DNA of 64,000 nucleotides from Isurus oxyrinchus (taxonomy: Eukaryota), in NCBI GenBank assembly GCA_026770705.1, contig JANJGN010000026.1, forward strand, positions 25,296,001 through 25,360,000, in the 5' to 3' direction. Below the pieces are notes generated by a model. It ran no database searches. It was given only the letters and a program-made list of their open reading frames with translations, and was not told where the DNA came from. Position numbers and translations under genes: made by a program. Shown here one piece after another: positions 50,526 through 62,643 of this stretch (positions are counted from its first letter, which is position 1; every line of letters begins with the position of its first letter).

Positions 50526-51759
50526 TCATTTTTAGTCATCAGTTATTGGATTGTTTCACAAAAAGAAGTTCTCGAACTAAGAAACTATTGAGGATTCTAG
50601 TTGAAGGGTGTCTTATAATGTAATGCTTTATACAAAATAAAGAAAACCATATTTTTTCTTCAATTTGTTTTGAAATATTGCTTGTATGTATGGTTACAAT
50701 CCTGGTCAGGACCATTAGTGATTAAAGAGAAATTTGAACACCCAGTGATAAACTGGAAGAATTACACCACAAGATTCCATGTTTTTAACAAAAAACAAAC
50801 TTTACTGTGTATATAAAATAAAAGAAAATTAAAAACACGCATCATGAATTTAACACTGTAGTTTATAAAGACTTAAGCTATAAACCTAATTCTACTTTTT
50901 AACTCCCCCCACCCCCCAATCCCACAAGAGTTCTCTAATACTTAACGATATCTGGGACCATCCCAAAGGTATGTCAAAGCTCTCCAGAATTCACTTTAAT
51001 TCTCTTCAGATTTTCTCTCCAAGATTTTATGGTGGTCCTTCCATTAGCTTTCAGCTAAACAACCCTCCAACTTTCCTTTAAGACCCCAAAACTGTGGACT
51101 CCTCAGTCCAGGCATGGGCTTCACTGCCTTCTTGCTGAGGGATTTAAACATCAGTAACACCCCTAGTTCCTAATGGCCCTCTAGGCTTCCAGTCCCACAG
51201 CAGGTTCACAGCTCCTGGTCCCACAGCTGACTGCTTCCAAGTGAACTGCAGACTGCCTGCTTTCTGTGAGAAACACATTTAATCTTGATAACAGCACACT
51301 GCTAAATTTCATGTCCAGGAATCACATTCCACTGAAGATGTGAAACATTACACCTTGTGGTGTGTTCTGAAAGTTTTCTTCTTACAATATTTATAGTCCA
51401 AAGTTCTTTCTGCAAGAGGAGAGCCCTCACTGCTGTTCGTATGTGTATTTTCAACTTCAGTTTGAAAAACAGTCCGTTCAGAGTTCACGTTGTGAACTTT
51501 ATTTTCTTCCATGTTTGTAGTTTCTCCATTGTTTAAGTGCAAAAGGAAAATCCCAGTCAATTCCACATTTAAATTGTCTTTTTCATGCTCCAGTTGGAGG
51601 TGGAACTTCATTCTTAAGTTCATTTCCCAGACTCAAACATTTTGGATTCTCTTTTTGAGACAACAGGAAGGCTTCTTTGTTGTTCAAATGTGTTTTATGT
51701 TAAATTAAAAAGGTTTGATATTCCTGTTTGGAGCATATGGAATTCTACGCTTCAGAAAC

Positions 51760-52500
51760 AGAGGTATTGAGAACAAAAGCGGGGAAATTATGCCGAGAGT
51801 TTATAAAGCTCTGGTGAGGCCACAAGAGAATACTGACTCCAGTTCTGGTCACCACATTTAGGAAGAATTTACCAGAATGGTCCCAGGAATGAAGAATTTT
51901 AGCTACAAGGTTAGGTTGGATAAGCTGGGGCTGTTCTCCTTGGAGCAAAAGATATTGAGGGGAGATTTGATGGTGTACAAGATTATGACAGGTTTAGATA
52001 AGGTGGACAAAGAAAACCTGTTCCCATCAGTTGATGGTACGAGGATGAGGGGAACAGCTTGATGTTTTTTCATCGAGAGATGCAGGGGGTTGTGAGGAAG
52101 AACTGTTTTATGCAATGAGTGATAATGATCTGGAATTGGCTGCCTATGAGGGGTTGGAAGCAGTGACGATGAACGATTTAACAAGGGATAAAAACCAAGA
52201 AAACTGCGGATGCTGGAAATCCAAAACAAAAACAGAATTACCTGGAAAAACTCAGCAGATCTGGCAGTATCGGCGGAGAAGAAAAGAGTTGATGTTTCGA
52301 GTCCTCATGACCCTTCGACAGTTCTGTCGAAGGGTCATGAGGACTCGAAACGTCAACTCTTTTCTTCTCCGCCGATGCTGCCAGACCTGCTGATTTAACA
52401 AGGGAAATGGATGGGCACCTGAGGAAACTAAACATGAAAGGAAACAGGTATAGAACAGGGTGATGGGAGTGACTGGTTTGCCCTGCAAGAATAATACCAG
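51760..52500 (+). mobile_element. CR1 3' fragment (host of the palindromic insertion)
   Basis: MVPGMKNFSYKVRLDKLGLFSLEQ. Confidence 0.85.
52189..52391. mobile_element. Palindromic hammerhead-bearing mini-element; 14-bp TSD
   Basis: ~70-bp arms around a 2-nt centre (52322-52323); TSD GATTTAACAAGGGA at 52175-52188 and 52392-52405. Confidence 0.9.
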
Positions 52501-52984
52501 GTCTGAGAGCATTTAATCCTCAGGAAAGGCTGGGTGCTTTTCTCTAGAAAAGAGAAGACTGGAGGGTGATTTGATGGGAGTCTTTATGAAGGGGTTCAAT
52601 AATCCAATAGGGATTTCACAAGAAACCTCTTTACTCAGCGAGTGGTGAGAATGTGGAACTCACTACCAGAGCGAGTGGTTGAGGTGAATAACATGAATAT
52701 ATTTAAGGGGAAGCTAGATATATATGTGAGGGAGAAAGGGATAGAAGGATATGCTGATGGGGGAGATGAAGAGGGGAGGGTGGAGGATCATGTGGAACAT
52801 AAATACTGACAAAGACCAATTGAGCCAACTGGCCTGGCCCTGTGCCATAGGCTCAAAGGAACAGAGACAAATGTATTTATTTGAGATCTGCCTGTAGTGG
52901 TAGGAAAAACAACATTTCAATCCAGGATAAAATAAATGTACTTCATTAGCTTTTGCGGATCTTTGCAGAATCCAACCCCTGTCA

Positions 52985-53580
52985 TCACTTGTGAACTCGC
53001 TGGTGTTTCCACAGGTAGGTTGATTGACTGAATTTCTTCCCACACTCAGAGCAGTTGAACGGCCACTCCCCAGTGTGAAGATGTTGGTGTTTCAGCAGGC
53101 TGGATGAATCAATGTAAGCTTTCCCACACTCAGAGCAGGTGGGTGGCCACTCCCTGGTGTGAACTCACTGGTGTATCCTCAGGTTGGAAGAGTGAGAGAA
53201 TCCCTTCCCACACACAGCAGGTGAACGGTCTCACTCCAGTGCGACTGCGTCGATGAATTTCCAGCTGAGATGGAGATCTGAATCCATTCCCACAATCCCC
53301 ACATTTCCACGGTTTCTCCATGGTTCAGATCTCCTAACCTGTATGGTCTCTCCCAGCTGTGAGTGGTAATGTTCTTACACTCAATTCACTGGAACATTCT
53401 CACTCGGGTTTGTGTCGGTGCGTTCTCAGTCACACTGATGTTTAAAATCTTCTGAAGCAGACAGACATTTCTCCTTCGAGATTCAGAGGCCAATGATATT
53501 CAGGTCCCAATAATTGAGTGACTCTGTTCCATTTAGTTTGATTCTCATGTCTGTAAATGCTCCCCTTCTAATATCCTTTA
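52985..53580 (-). pseudogene. C2H2 ZNF pseudogene (~4 fingers, frameshifted)
   Basis: [27 protein letters not shown] then a frameshift; ends HQRVHK*. Confidence 0.88.
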
Positions 53581-54353
53581 AAAATTTACAATGGTCATCA
53601 CAGGATAGAAACTAGAATTGCCTGTTCTTAATTTCTTTGGAACATTATTTCCTTTCTTGTTCTCCAAATAACTATGTAAATAGCTATCCCACACACACTT
53701 CCTCCTTTACCTGGAATATTTACTAGTTTTGGTCTCTTACCTAAGGAAGAATGTACTTGTGCAGGGGGAGTGCAACGAAGGTTCACCAGAATAATGCCTG
53801 CGGGACAGGATTTTCCTATGAGGAGGGTTTAAGGAAACTGGGCCTCTATTCCCCAAAGTTTCAAAGAGTCATCTCATATAACAACACTAGACATATATTT
53901 GTTGTTACGATTCCCGTGGAGACCAATAACATTAAAATAAACAAATTCCCAGACAAACCCAACGGAGTAAACCGAAGGACAAGGTTTCACTTTCGTAGAA
54001 AATGCTGAACAATCAAACTAAAATCAGGATCAATGAAGCATGAATTGAGGGACAAATACTACTCGGATAGGATAAATTTGACTTTAAACAGTTTATACAA
54101 TAAAAAACAGGTTCCACAAAATCACCCCCCCTGAGCATACTTGGCACTAATTCCAGTTAGAGTCCCACAACTCTCTGTATTTCCCAGGGGGAGGGAAAGA
54201 AAGTGTTTTACTCACAGATGTTGAACAGAGGAGGAAGTTTTAGTGTCTGTGTGAAGTTAATCACAAATGTTGTGTTGTTTAAAATCAAACTACATTGCAA
54301 GATAATTTGTAAACTTTCCCTCCCTCACCTGACAGCCCAGCGCGCAGGCGCGC

Positions 54354-54452
54354 GTTCTGTCGAAGGGTCATGAAGACTCGAAACGTCAACTCTTTTCTTC
54401 TCCGCCGATGCTGCCAGACCTGCTGAGTTTTTCCAGGTAATTCTGTTTTTGT
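54354..54452 (+). mobile_element. Single-arm hammerhead mini-element
   Basis: GTTCTGTCGAAGGGTCATGAAGACTCGAAACGTCAAC...; 1 mismatch to the reverse complement of 54764-54863; no TSD seen. Confidence 0.88.
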
Positions 54453-54763
54453 CCCGTGTTCGCGACCCTGGCCTGCAACCCTATGGCGTCACCGCGGAGC
54501 AGAGGGATTCCTATTGGCTGCCTCGGGCGTCACAATGATTCAGAGGGGCGTTCCGAGCTTACAGGGTCCCACTGGGACCAATATCATTGTTGGGCAAAAT
54601 ACCTTCCACCCCCAACGTAGGCTCAGGCTACTCTTCTTCATTGCGGTCTGACCCAGGTTAACCAATAGCTGAAGGACCGGAAGGTGGATGGTCTTCCAGC
54701 CAATCAGAGCGCGGGCATTGTCGCGATGGCTACACGGAACTTCCCCCATTGTCTGAATGCGGA
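54453..54763. promoter_or_regulatory. CpG bidirectional promoter-like core (P4)
   Basis: ATTGG/CCAAT x4, ACCGGAAG, TCGCGA x2; homologous to P3. Confidence 0.75.
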
Positions 54764-54863
54764 ACAAAAACAGAATTACCTGGAAAAACTCAGCAGGTCT
54801 GGCAGCATCGGCGGAGAAGAAAAGAGTTGACGTTTCGAGTCCTCATGACCCTTCGACAGAACT
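54764..54863 (-). mobile_element. Single-arm hammerhead mini-element; 10-bp TSD
   Basis: TSD TGAATGCGGA at 54754-54763 and 54864-54873. Confidence 0.9.
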
Positions 54864-55988
54864 TGAATGCGGATGTTGGACAATGAACTTGTAAATTTGC
54901 TCGTTACTGCCCAGGAAAGTTGCTGCTCCTCTCTGTCTCTGAAATAGCTTCACACAAACGAAAACTTTGTCCCCAGTCCCAGTGAACAAAACACTTTATT
55001 TTCTCCCACTTTCCATTTCTTTTCTCATTCTGGGGGTAAATTGTTGACTGAAGGGAAAGGAAGTGAATCCAGGGAGGGTGCAGACTCTGGAAAGGTTGGC
55101 CGGGTCTCTCTTTGTCTTAAAGACATTGACACCCTTTGTTCGACACAATTATTTCAAACAAAAACAGAAAATGCTGGAAAAACTCAGCACGTATGACTCC
55201 ACAGTATTTTGCTTTTATGGCACATTTATTTGCCTGAATAAAAGGATGACCTCTTTCCCAGCGTTTCCAATTAAAGAGGTGGATTCCCAGGCTATGTCTG
55301 ACATTTAAGGCAGCAGTAAATGCATATGGGGCAGAGATATGTCGAGCCTTTTTATATGGTAAATGATTGGTATATTATTTATTGACCTACATTAAATTTC
55401 ATTTTAATTACTTCTAGTCTTGTAATATAGTATGCTGTTTCCAGTCTTCGAGTCATTACAGCACAGATTGCATTTGGCAACTCGAGTCCATGCCGACTTT
55501 CTGGATAACTATTCAGTCAGTCCCATTCTCCTCCTACAAGTTTATTTCCTTCAAGTGCCCTTCCATTCCGCCACCCAGATAGGCAGAGTGTTCCAGGTCA
55601 TGCACACTCGCTCCTAAATAAAGCTCCTCCTTGCAACCTCTCTGTATCTCTGATCAAGTAATGTGGTGTGCATTACACACATTTTTAATTCAGTAGAAAA
55701 ATATATATATTACATAGCTAGCAGCCTGCATGATGATTTCCAGGTCTCTGTGCCCTAGACAGGAAGCAGTGTGCATGGACCTGCTGATCAGCATGAAACG
55801 TCACCTTCAGGACAATTGGGAGGATGTATATTCAGTAAAGCAGAGTGAGGATGGAGGTAGAGTATGTAGGACAGAGGTTTACAGATTTTGGGGAATAAGA
55901 GAAAGAATGTTCCATAGAAACTGGAGTTGTCTGTTCTGAATTTCTATCCTGCATTGACAGTGATGACTTTTGTAAACTTCTTTTACAG

Positions 55989-57024
55989 GGCATTGGGGGG
56001 GGATGTGTATAAGGGAAACTCAAAGCAAATTTCATGTAAATATTTGACACAGTCACTCTATTCTTGAGGACCTGAATATCATTAACCCTTTGTATGTGCA
56101 AGGAGAAAGTTTATCTGTTCTGTCTGTGGAAAAACATTTTAAGCGTCAGTGGGACTGGAAAAGCACCAAAGCACACGCACACACCTGAATGAGAGTGTTC
56201 CAGCACACTGACTGTAAAAATGGCTTTAACCAGTTATACAGTCTGAAAAAACATTCACAGTGGGGAGAGATTGTAGTCATGTTCTGTGTGAGGACAAGGC
56301 TCCTGCTGAACGGTTAACCTGGAGAGGCACAAGGACACCGCACCACGGAGAAACCATGCAAATGTGGAGACTGTGGGAAGGGATTCTGCACCCCATTTGC
56401 ACTGGAAACTCATCAACGCATTCACACTGGGGAGAGGCCATTCACCTGTTCTGAGTGTGGGAAGGGATTCAGTGATTCATCTGCTCTCCTGGAACACAAG
56501 CAGGTTCACACCAGGGAGAGGGCCTTCATCTGCTCTGCATGTGGGATGAGATTCCCTCAGTCATCCAACCTGCTGACGCAGCAGCGAGTTCACAGCGGGG
56601 ATCGGCCTTTCGTCTGATCTGAGTGTGGGAAAGGATTCACTCAGTTATCTCACCTGCAGACCCACCAGTGAGTTGACACTGGGAGGAGGCCTTTCATCTA
56701 CTCTCAGTATGGGACAGGATTCATTCAGTCATGCAACCTGGTGATGCATCAGCAAGTTCACACTGGGGAGAGGCCATCCACCTGCGAATGTGGGATTCAG
56801 AGAAGGGATTCAGAGATTCATCCACCCTGCTGAGAAACCAGCGAGTTCATACTGGTGAGAGGCCATTCAACTGCTCCATGTGTGGGAAGGGTTTCAGTCA
56901 GTTCTCCAGTCTGCTGAGATACCAACAAGTTCACACCAGGGAGAGGTTGTTCACCTGCTCTGAGCGTGGGAAAGCATTCAATCAGCTATCCAGTCTACTG
57001 AGACACCAGCGAGTTCACAAGTGA
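55989..57024 (+). pseudogene. C2H2 ZNF pseudogene
   Basis: Family start ATG changed to ACG (~56346); in-frame TGA codons in fingers; ends HQRVHK*. Confidence 0.9.
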
Positions 57025-58127
57025 TGACTGGGGTTGAGTTCTGCTGCTCTTGTTGCTGTTAATTACATCCAGGACTGAGCCATGTTCATTCCAACAATTG
57101 ATGAAGCGGGAGGATTGGAGGATTTCTTTCTGCTGGACTGGCCAGTCTCACGACTTTGTTTGTTGCAGGCTGAAGTCCTTTGAGCCTGGAAGTGCAGGTT
57201 TCCACTGAAATGATCCACAAAAGCTGATGAAGTACATTTATTTCATCCTGGGTAATAAATCGTGTTTCAAGAACATTTGTCTCTGTTCCACTGAGTCCAC
57301 AGCACTGGGCCAGGCTGTCGGCTCAATTGGTCTATGTCAGTATTTATGCTCCACATGAGCCTCCAACCACCCCTCTTCATCTCCCCCATTAGTATATTCT
57401 TCTACTCCTTTCTCCCTCATGTATCTGGCTTCCCCTTAAATGTATTCATGCTGTTCACCTCAATCACTCATTATGGTCGTGAGTTCCACATTCTCAACAC
57501 TCGCTGGGTAAAGAGGTTTCACATGAAATCCTGATTGGATTATTGAACCCCTTCATAATCTTAAAGACTTCCATCAGGTCACCCTTCAGTCTTCTCTTTT
57601 TTAGAGAAAAGCAGCACCGGCCTTTCCGGAGGGTTAAATGCTCTCAATTCTGGTCTGATCCTTGTGAACATTTTGGCATCTTCTGTGGTGCCTGTCTCCT
57701 TTTTCTAAATGAAGATCACAAATGTTGACAGTCCTCCCAGTGTAGTCTAACCATGGTTCTAAACAAGTTGAACATAAGCTCCCTGCTTTTCAATTCTGTC
57801 CCTCTCGAATAGGAACTCTCTATGTGGGCACCACACTCGAGGAAAACTGTGAATTTTTTCGAGAGGATAAGAGATGTACTAGAATGGTACCAGGGATGAA
57901 GGGGCTTGGAGGAAGATTCAGTCATGGTTTTCAAAAGGGAATTGGATCATTATCAGAAGAATAAACATTGATACAGTTATGGGGAAAGGGTAGCAGAATG
58001 GCACTATGTTAGCCACTCTTGCAGAGAGCTCACATAAATAGGGTGGGTTGAATGGTCTCCTTCAGTGTTGTAACAATTCCATGATTCTAGAACAGCAGTT
58101 AGCTAATTCTATTCAACAGACAAACAG

Positions 58128-58556
58128 ATGGTGGGTAGCACTCTCACCTCTGAGTCAGAAGATGGGGAGTTCAAATCCCCAGCCCAGACACTCAAGCCTC
58201 CCTAACCCAGGGCCAACACTCCCGATGCCAGCACTGAGTGAGAGCTGTGCTATTGGTGGGATCATCTGCCGAGTGAGACATTAAACCAAGGGCCCCATCT
58301 GCCCTCTCAGGTGGATGTAAAAGATTGAATGGCCACAACTGAAAGGAGAGGAATTCACCCCCCAGTGCCCTGAGGCCCAATATTTATCCCTCAATCAACA
58401 TCAGTAAAAACAGAACACTGGCCATTATTACATTGCCGATTGTGGGAGCTTGCTGTGCACAAATTGGCTGCCATGTTTCCTCCAGTGACATTTCTTAATT
58501 GGCACTGAAATGTTTTGAGGAGGTGAAAGGCCCTATATAAACGCAAGTTTCTTTTT
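58128..58556 (+). mobile_element. Deu-domain SINE (SacSINE1/AmnSINE-like), near full length
   Basis: tRNA-like head GGTAGCACTCTCACCTCTGAGTCAGAAG..GTTCAAATCCC; core GAGACATTAAACCAAGGGCCCCATCTGCCCTCTCAGGTGGATGTAAAAGAT; tail CTATATAAACGCAAGTTTCTTT. Confidence 0.8.
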
Positions 58557-59261
58557 TAAATTGACATGCTCCTATCCTTACAGGCAGATCATCCAGCAGA
58601 TGAGGAGCCAGCAGAGGTGACTGGGGGGGTGGGGGGCTGGCGGGGTAGGAACTCTTAGTATGGACCAAGGCTGCTTCCCTTCACAAGCCACTGAATACAT
58701 TGTGGGAACTGGCCATTTAAAGAGGGAGCCTTGACTTGGTCATCTGAGAATCCAGCCCTTTCCCCCTGTGTAATGCAGGTTGAGAATAGACATCAGGACT
58801 GGTCAATGTACTGAAACAACCTCTGCCACTGAAGATGGACAAAGGCAATATTCTCTCCGCTGTTATTCTGTTTGTCTCTAAACAATTTATCTCACAAATG
58901 AATGGACAGATTTTACTGGAACTTGGTATACTGACAGCATATGGACCATGGAGGAACTGATTCATTTTTGGCAAAGACCAGATCCTGGAATTTTTCCAAG
59001 GATCTGCTCACCTTGGGAGAATTGACTTTTTCTTCTCAATTGTTGTGGTTTGTTTTACTTCGAATGGTGATTGTTTTAAAATGTTGTGGATTGTCTCCAC
59101 TGCTGGGGTGGAATTTGTCACAGTTGTCAAAATATCAACAGAGTTTTCAGAGCAGCTTGTTGAATGTGGATTTGCCTGATGCCTCTTCAGTGAAATGGTG
59201 CTCTTAAGAAAAACATTTATTTTTTTCAGTTTTGTAGTAACAGAGCATGTTTTCATCCCTA

Positions 59262-60035
59262 ACAAAAGCAAAAATACCTGGAAAAACTCAGCAGGTCTGA
59301 CAGCATTTGCAGAGAGGAATACAGTTAATGTTTCGAGTCCATATTACTCTTCAACAGAGCTAAGGAAAAATAGAAAAGAGGTGAAATATAAGCTGGTTTA
59401 AAGGGGAGGGGGTTGTACAGGTCAAGCTGGATAGAGGGCCAGTGAAAGATGGAGATTGCCAAAAGATGTCATAGACAAAAGGACAAAGGAGTGTTGACGT
59501 TGGTGATATTAGCTAAGAAATGTGCTAATGGTGACATTAAGGGTAAAAAACAGGATGAGCAAGGTACAGATAGCCCTAGTGGGGGGGGGGGGGGTGGGGG
59601 GGGGGGGGGGAAGAAGGGATCAAAATAGGCTAAAAGTTAGAGGTAAAACAATGGATGGAAATACATTTAAAAATAATGGAAATAGGTGGGAAAAGAAAAA
59701 TATATATAAATTATTGGGAAAAGGGGGATCAGGAAGGGAGTAGGGATGGAGGAGAGAGTTCATGATCTAAAGCTGTTGAACTCAATATTCAGTCCGGAAG
59801 GCTGTAAAGTGCCAAGTAGGATGTTGAGGTGCTGTTCCTCCAGTTTGCGTTGAGCTTCACTGGAACATTGCAGCAGACCAAGGACAGACATGTGGGCATG
59901 AGAGCAGGGTGGTGTGTTGAAAAGGCAAGTGACAGGGAGGTCTAGGTCATGCTTGCGGACAGACCGAAGGTGTTCCGCAAAGCGGTCACCCAGCCTGTAA
60001 TTGGTCTCTCCAATGTAGAGGAAACCACATTGGGT
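59262..60035 (-). mobile_element. Penelope-like 3' fragment (GIY-YIG + tail with hammerhead motif)
   Basis: QCGFLYIGETNYRLGDRFAEHLRSV...RKLEEQHL..LGTLQPSGLNIEF; same subfamily as 23221-23760. Confidence 0.9.
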
Positions 60036-60199
60036 TTGTCTGTCTGTAACAATATGTCTCAAAAACTAATGAATGGATTTGAATAAAACTTGGTACATAA
60101 TAAGGTTGTGGCCTAAGGAACGTTAGATTCAGTGAACATGTGGAACAGATCCAGATCCTGGATTTTTTTATATTCGTACACAAGGCCTGATCTTCTGTA

Positions 60200-60525
60200 G
60201 GCAAATGGAATTTGTCCAGGCATTGCACCTTTTCAATTAAAGGAAAGCTTGGGGGACAATTGTTCCCTGATGCAGTCCCCATGGCAACCAATCAGAATCA
60301 ACTTGCTATTTTTGAATTTGAATAAAAGCTTTGGGGAACTGTTCCCTGATGCATTCTCTATGGCAATGCCTCAACCAATCGGAGTCCACTTGCCAACCAA
60401 TCAACACCCTGTTTCTCAGACTGTATAAACTCTAGTTTCCTTCGAAATTTGGTATTCTTGCATCTATCTTGATGAGTGCAAGACAAAAAGCTTCAATAGC
60501 ATGTCTTTTTTTCAGTAATATTCAA
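60200..60525 (+). mobile_element. Pseudo-LTR-like promoter module with a second, decayed hammerhead motif
   Basis: CCAATC x3, TATAAA at 60424, then TATC-TTGATGA-GT-gcaag-AC-AAAA-AGCTTC-AATA (60465-60498). Confidence 0.5.
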
Positions 60526-61811
60526 ATATATAAAGAAGTTTTATCAACATTGGGAGAAATGTTTTTTTCCCAACAATATATTGTAAACAATGATAACAAA
60601 TTGCCTGAAAATTCACAAACATTTGCACTGGCAAATTTGTTAATTTTATTGTGAAGTGTTCCCGATCCGGAACATTTCCAGATATGAAGATCATTTATAT
60701 ACTTGTCGCAAAAAATTCTGTTTAGGAAATCACAAGACTGGTTGTTTCTGCTTACCCCACAATGATAAAGGATTGTGCAATCATCAGCTAATCTCACATT
60801 CCCAATGAAATATGTAGCCTGGTGTCAGCTGATAATGTATTGAGAAAATGCTGATGTAATTTCATGACATAATTACAGCAAAATGTGATGACATCAGCAG
60901 ATTAAGCAATCCCAATGGAATGGTGTGACGTCAGCTTGATCTTAGACAAAAGCAGTCTGTTCGGAAACGTATAGAACTGGACCAGTTTTCTTCAGTACAG
61001 AAAGTCTGCTGCCCTGTGAAGCTCCCTGGGATGTTTAAAGGTGCACTATAAATATAGGTTGGTTTTGTTGTGATGCTTGAATTATTTTCAGGGGATGCCG
61101 TTATTGTTAAGTAGTCAAATGCTTCCTTGGTGTGTCCAGGGAAAGCTATGGGAAGGCTGTTGACTATAATCGGCCATGTCTGGCTTCAATGTTTAAACAT
61201 ACAGGCATTGTTATATCAGTTACTCAGAGCTAAAGAGAAACCCATCTCTTTAAATATATATACAGAGAAGAGGCTGAAATGAAATCTATCCCTTTTAACC
61301 TGCACAAAAGCAGGATGCTCAGATTAACAGGCCACAGAAGGAGTGCATTCAGCCCATCATGCCCCTGCCATCTCTTTGAAAGGCCTCTCTGATTCATCTT
61401 ATGGCTCTGCTCTTTTCCAACAGCCCTGCAAGTTCTTCCCTTTCAAGTATTTACCCTTTGGAAGTATACTATTGAATCTGTTTTGAGGTGGATCAGAACA
61501 ACTCACTGTGTGAAAAAGGAAAATCTCATCACCTCCCTCTGGCTCCTTGGATAATTACCTTAGAGTTTCTCACTTTCTGTTAAAGAACCTGCCAATCCCT
61601 TTCACCCACTTTCCCTAAAGTACATAAATCTAATCAGGAAAAGTCCAGCAAAATCAAATACTTCTACTGATAAAAGTTTATTAATGAGACAGAACATAGT
61701 TAAAAACAAGAAAGAAAATGACTTAATGATCAAAGACAACTAGAATAAAAGGATGTGCACAATGTTCTGGACCTAAATGGTTTCTCTTTAATTCATCTGT
61801 CCCCTGCCCTC

Positions 61812-62420
61812 TTTGTGGAACACCTCTGCTCAGTCCACAAGCAGGACCCTGACCTTCCAGTTGCTCGCCATTATAATTCACCACCTTGCTTTCGTGCTCA
61901 CATTTCTGTCCTTGGCCTGCTGAAATGTTCCCAAAAAGTCCAACGCAATTTGGGCGAACAGCACCTCGTCTTCCGAGTAGGTACTTTACAGCCTTCCGGA
62001 CTCAACACTGAGTTCAACAACTTCAGACTGTCAACTCTGTGCTCCATTCTGATTTTTATTTTGCCAAGTGCCAGTCTGTATCTTGTTTTCATGTTTTTGC
62101 TTTCAGACAAAGTTGTCTTTTATTCTGCCTTTAATACTTAGTCTGGCCCAATGCTTTGTTTCTTTGCTGCAACCATTACCATTCCCCTTGCCTTTTGTTC
62201 CATGACATTTTTCATTTAATTTCGCCCACCCTCTAACCAATCCCTGACTTTCCTGTTTGTTCTACCTGGCCCTCCTACCATTCTCAGCAGCATCAAACCC
62301 ATCACATTTCTCCCTCTCTTTAGTTCTGACCAAGAGTCACAATGGACTTGAAGCATTAGCAAAACATCTCTCCAAAGATGCTGCCAGACCTGCTGAGTTT
62401 TTTCATCACTCTATTTATTT
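61812..62420 (+). mobile_element. Penelope-like 3' fragment
   Basis: FVEHLCSVHKQDPDLPVARHYN...EQHLVFRVGTLQPSGLNTEF. Confidence 0.85.
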
Positions 62421-62643
62421 TAGATCTACCTGTAATGGTAAGGAAACATTATTTACTATCCAGAATAAAACAAATCTATTTTAATCAGCTTTTGTGAATC
62501 ATTTCAGTGGAAATGTGAACTCCCAGGCTCAAAGAGCATCAACACACTTGAAACAAAGTTTTGAGACCAGCCAGAAAGAAACACTCCAACCCTCCCACTT
62601 CACCAACTGTCAGAATAATAATAAATAAATGTAATAAATCCAG

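Noticed and set aside
50690-51350. Possible solo LTRs here and at ~53903-54333
   Set aside because: TG/CA-like ends, but no TSD or second copy could be established
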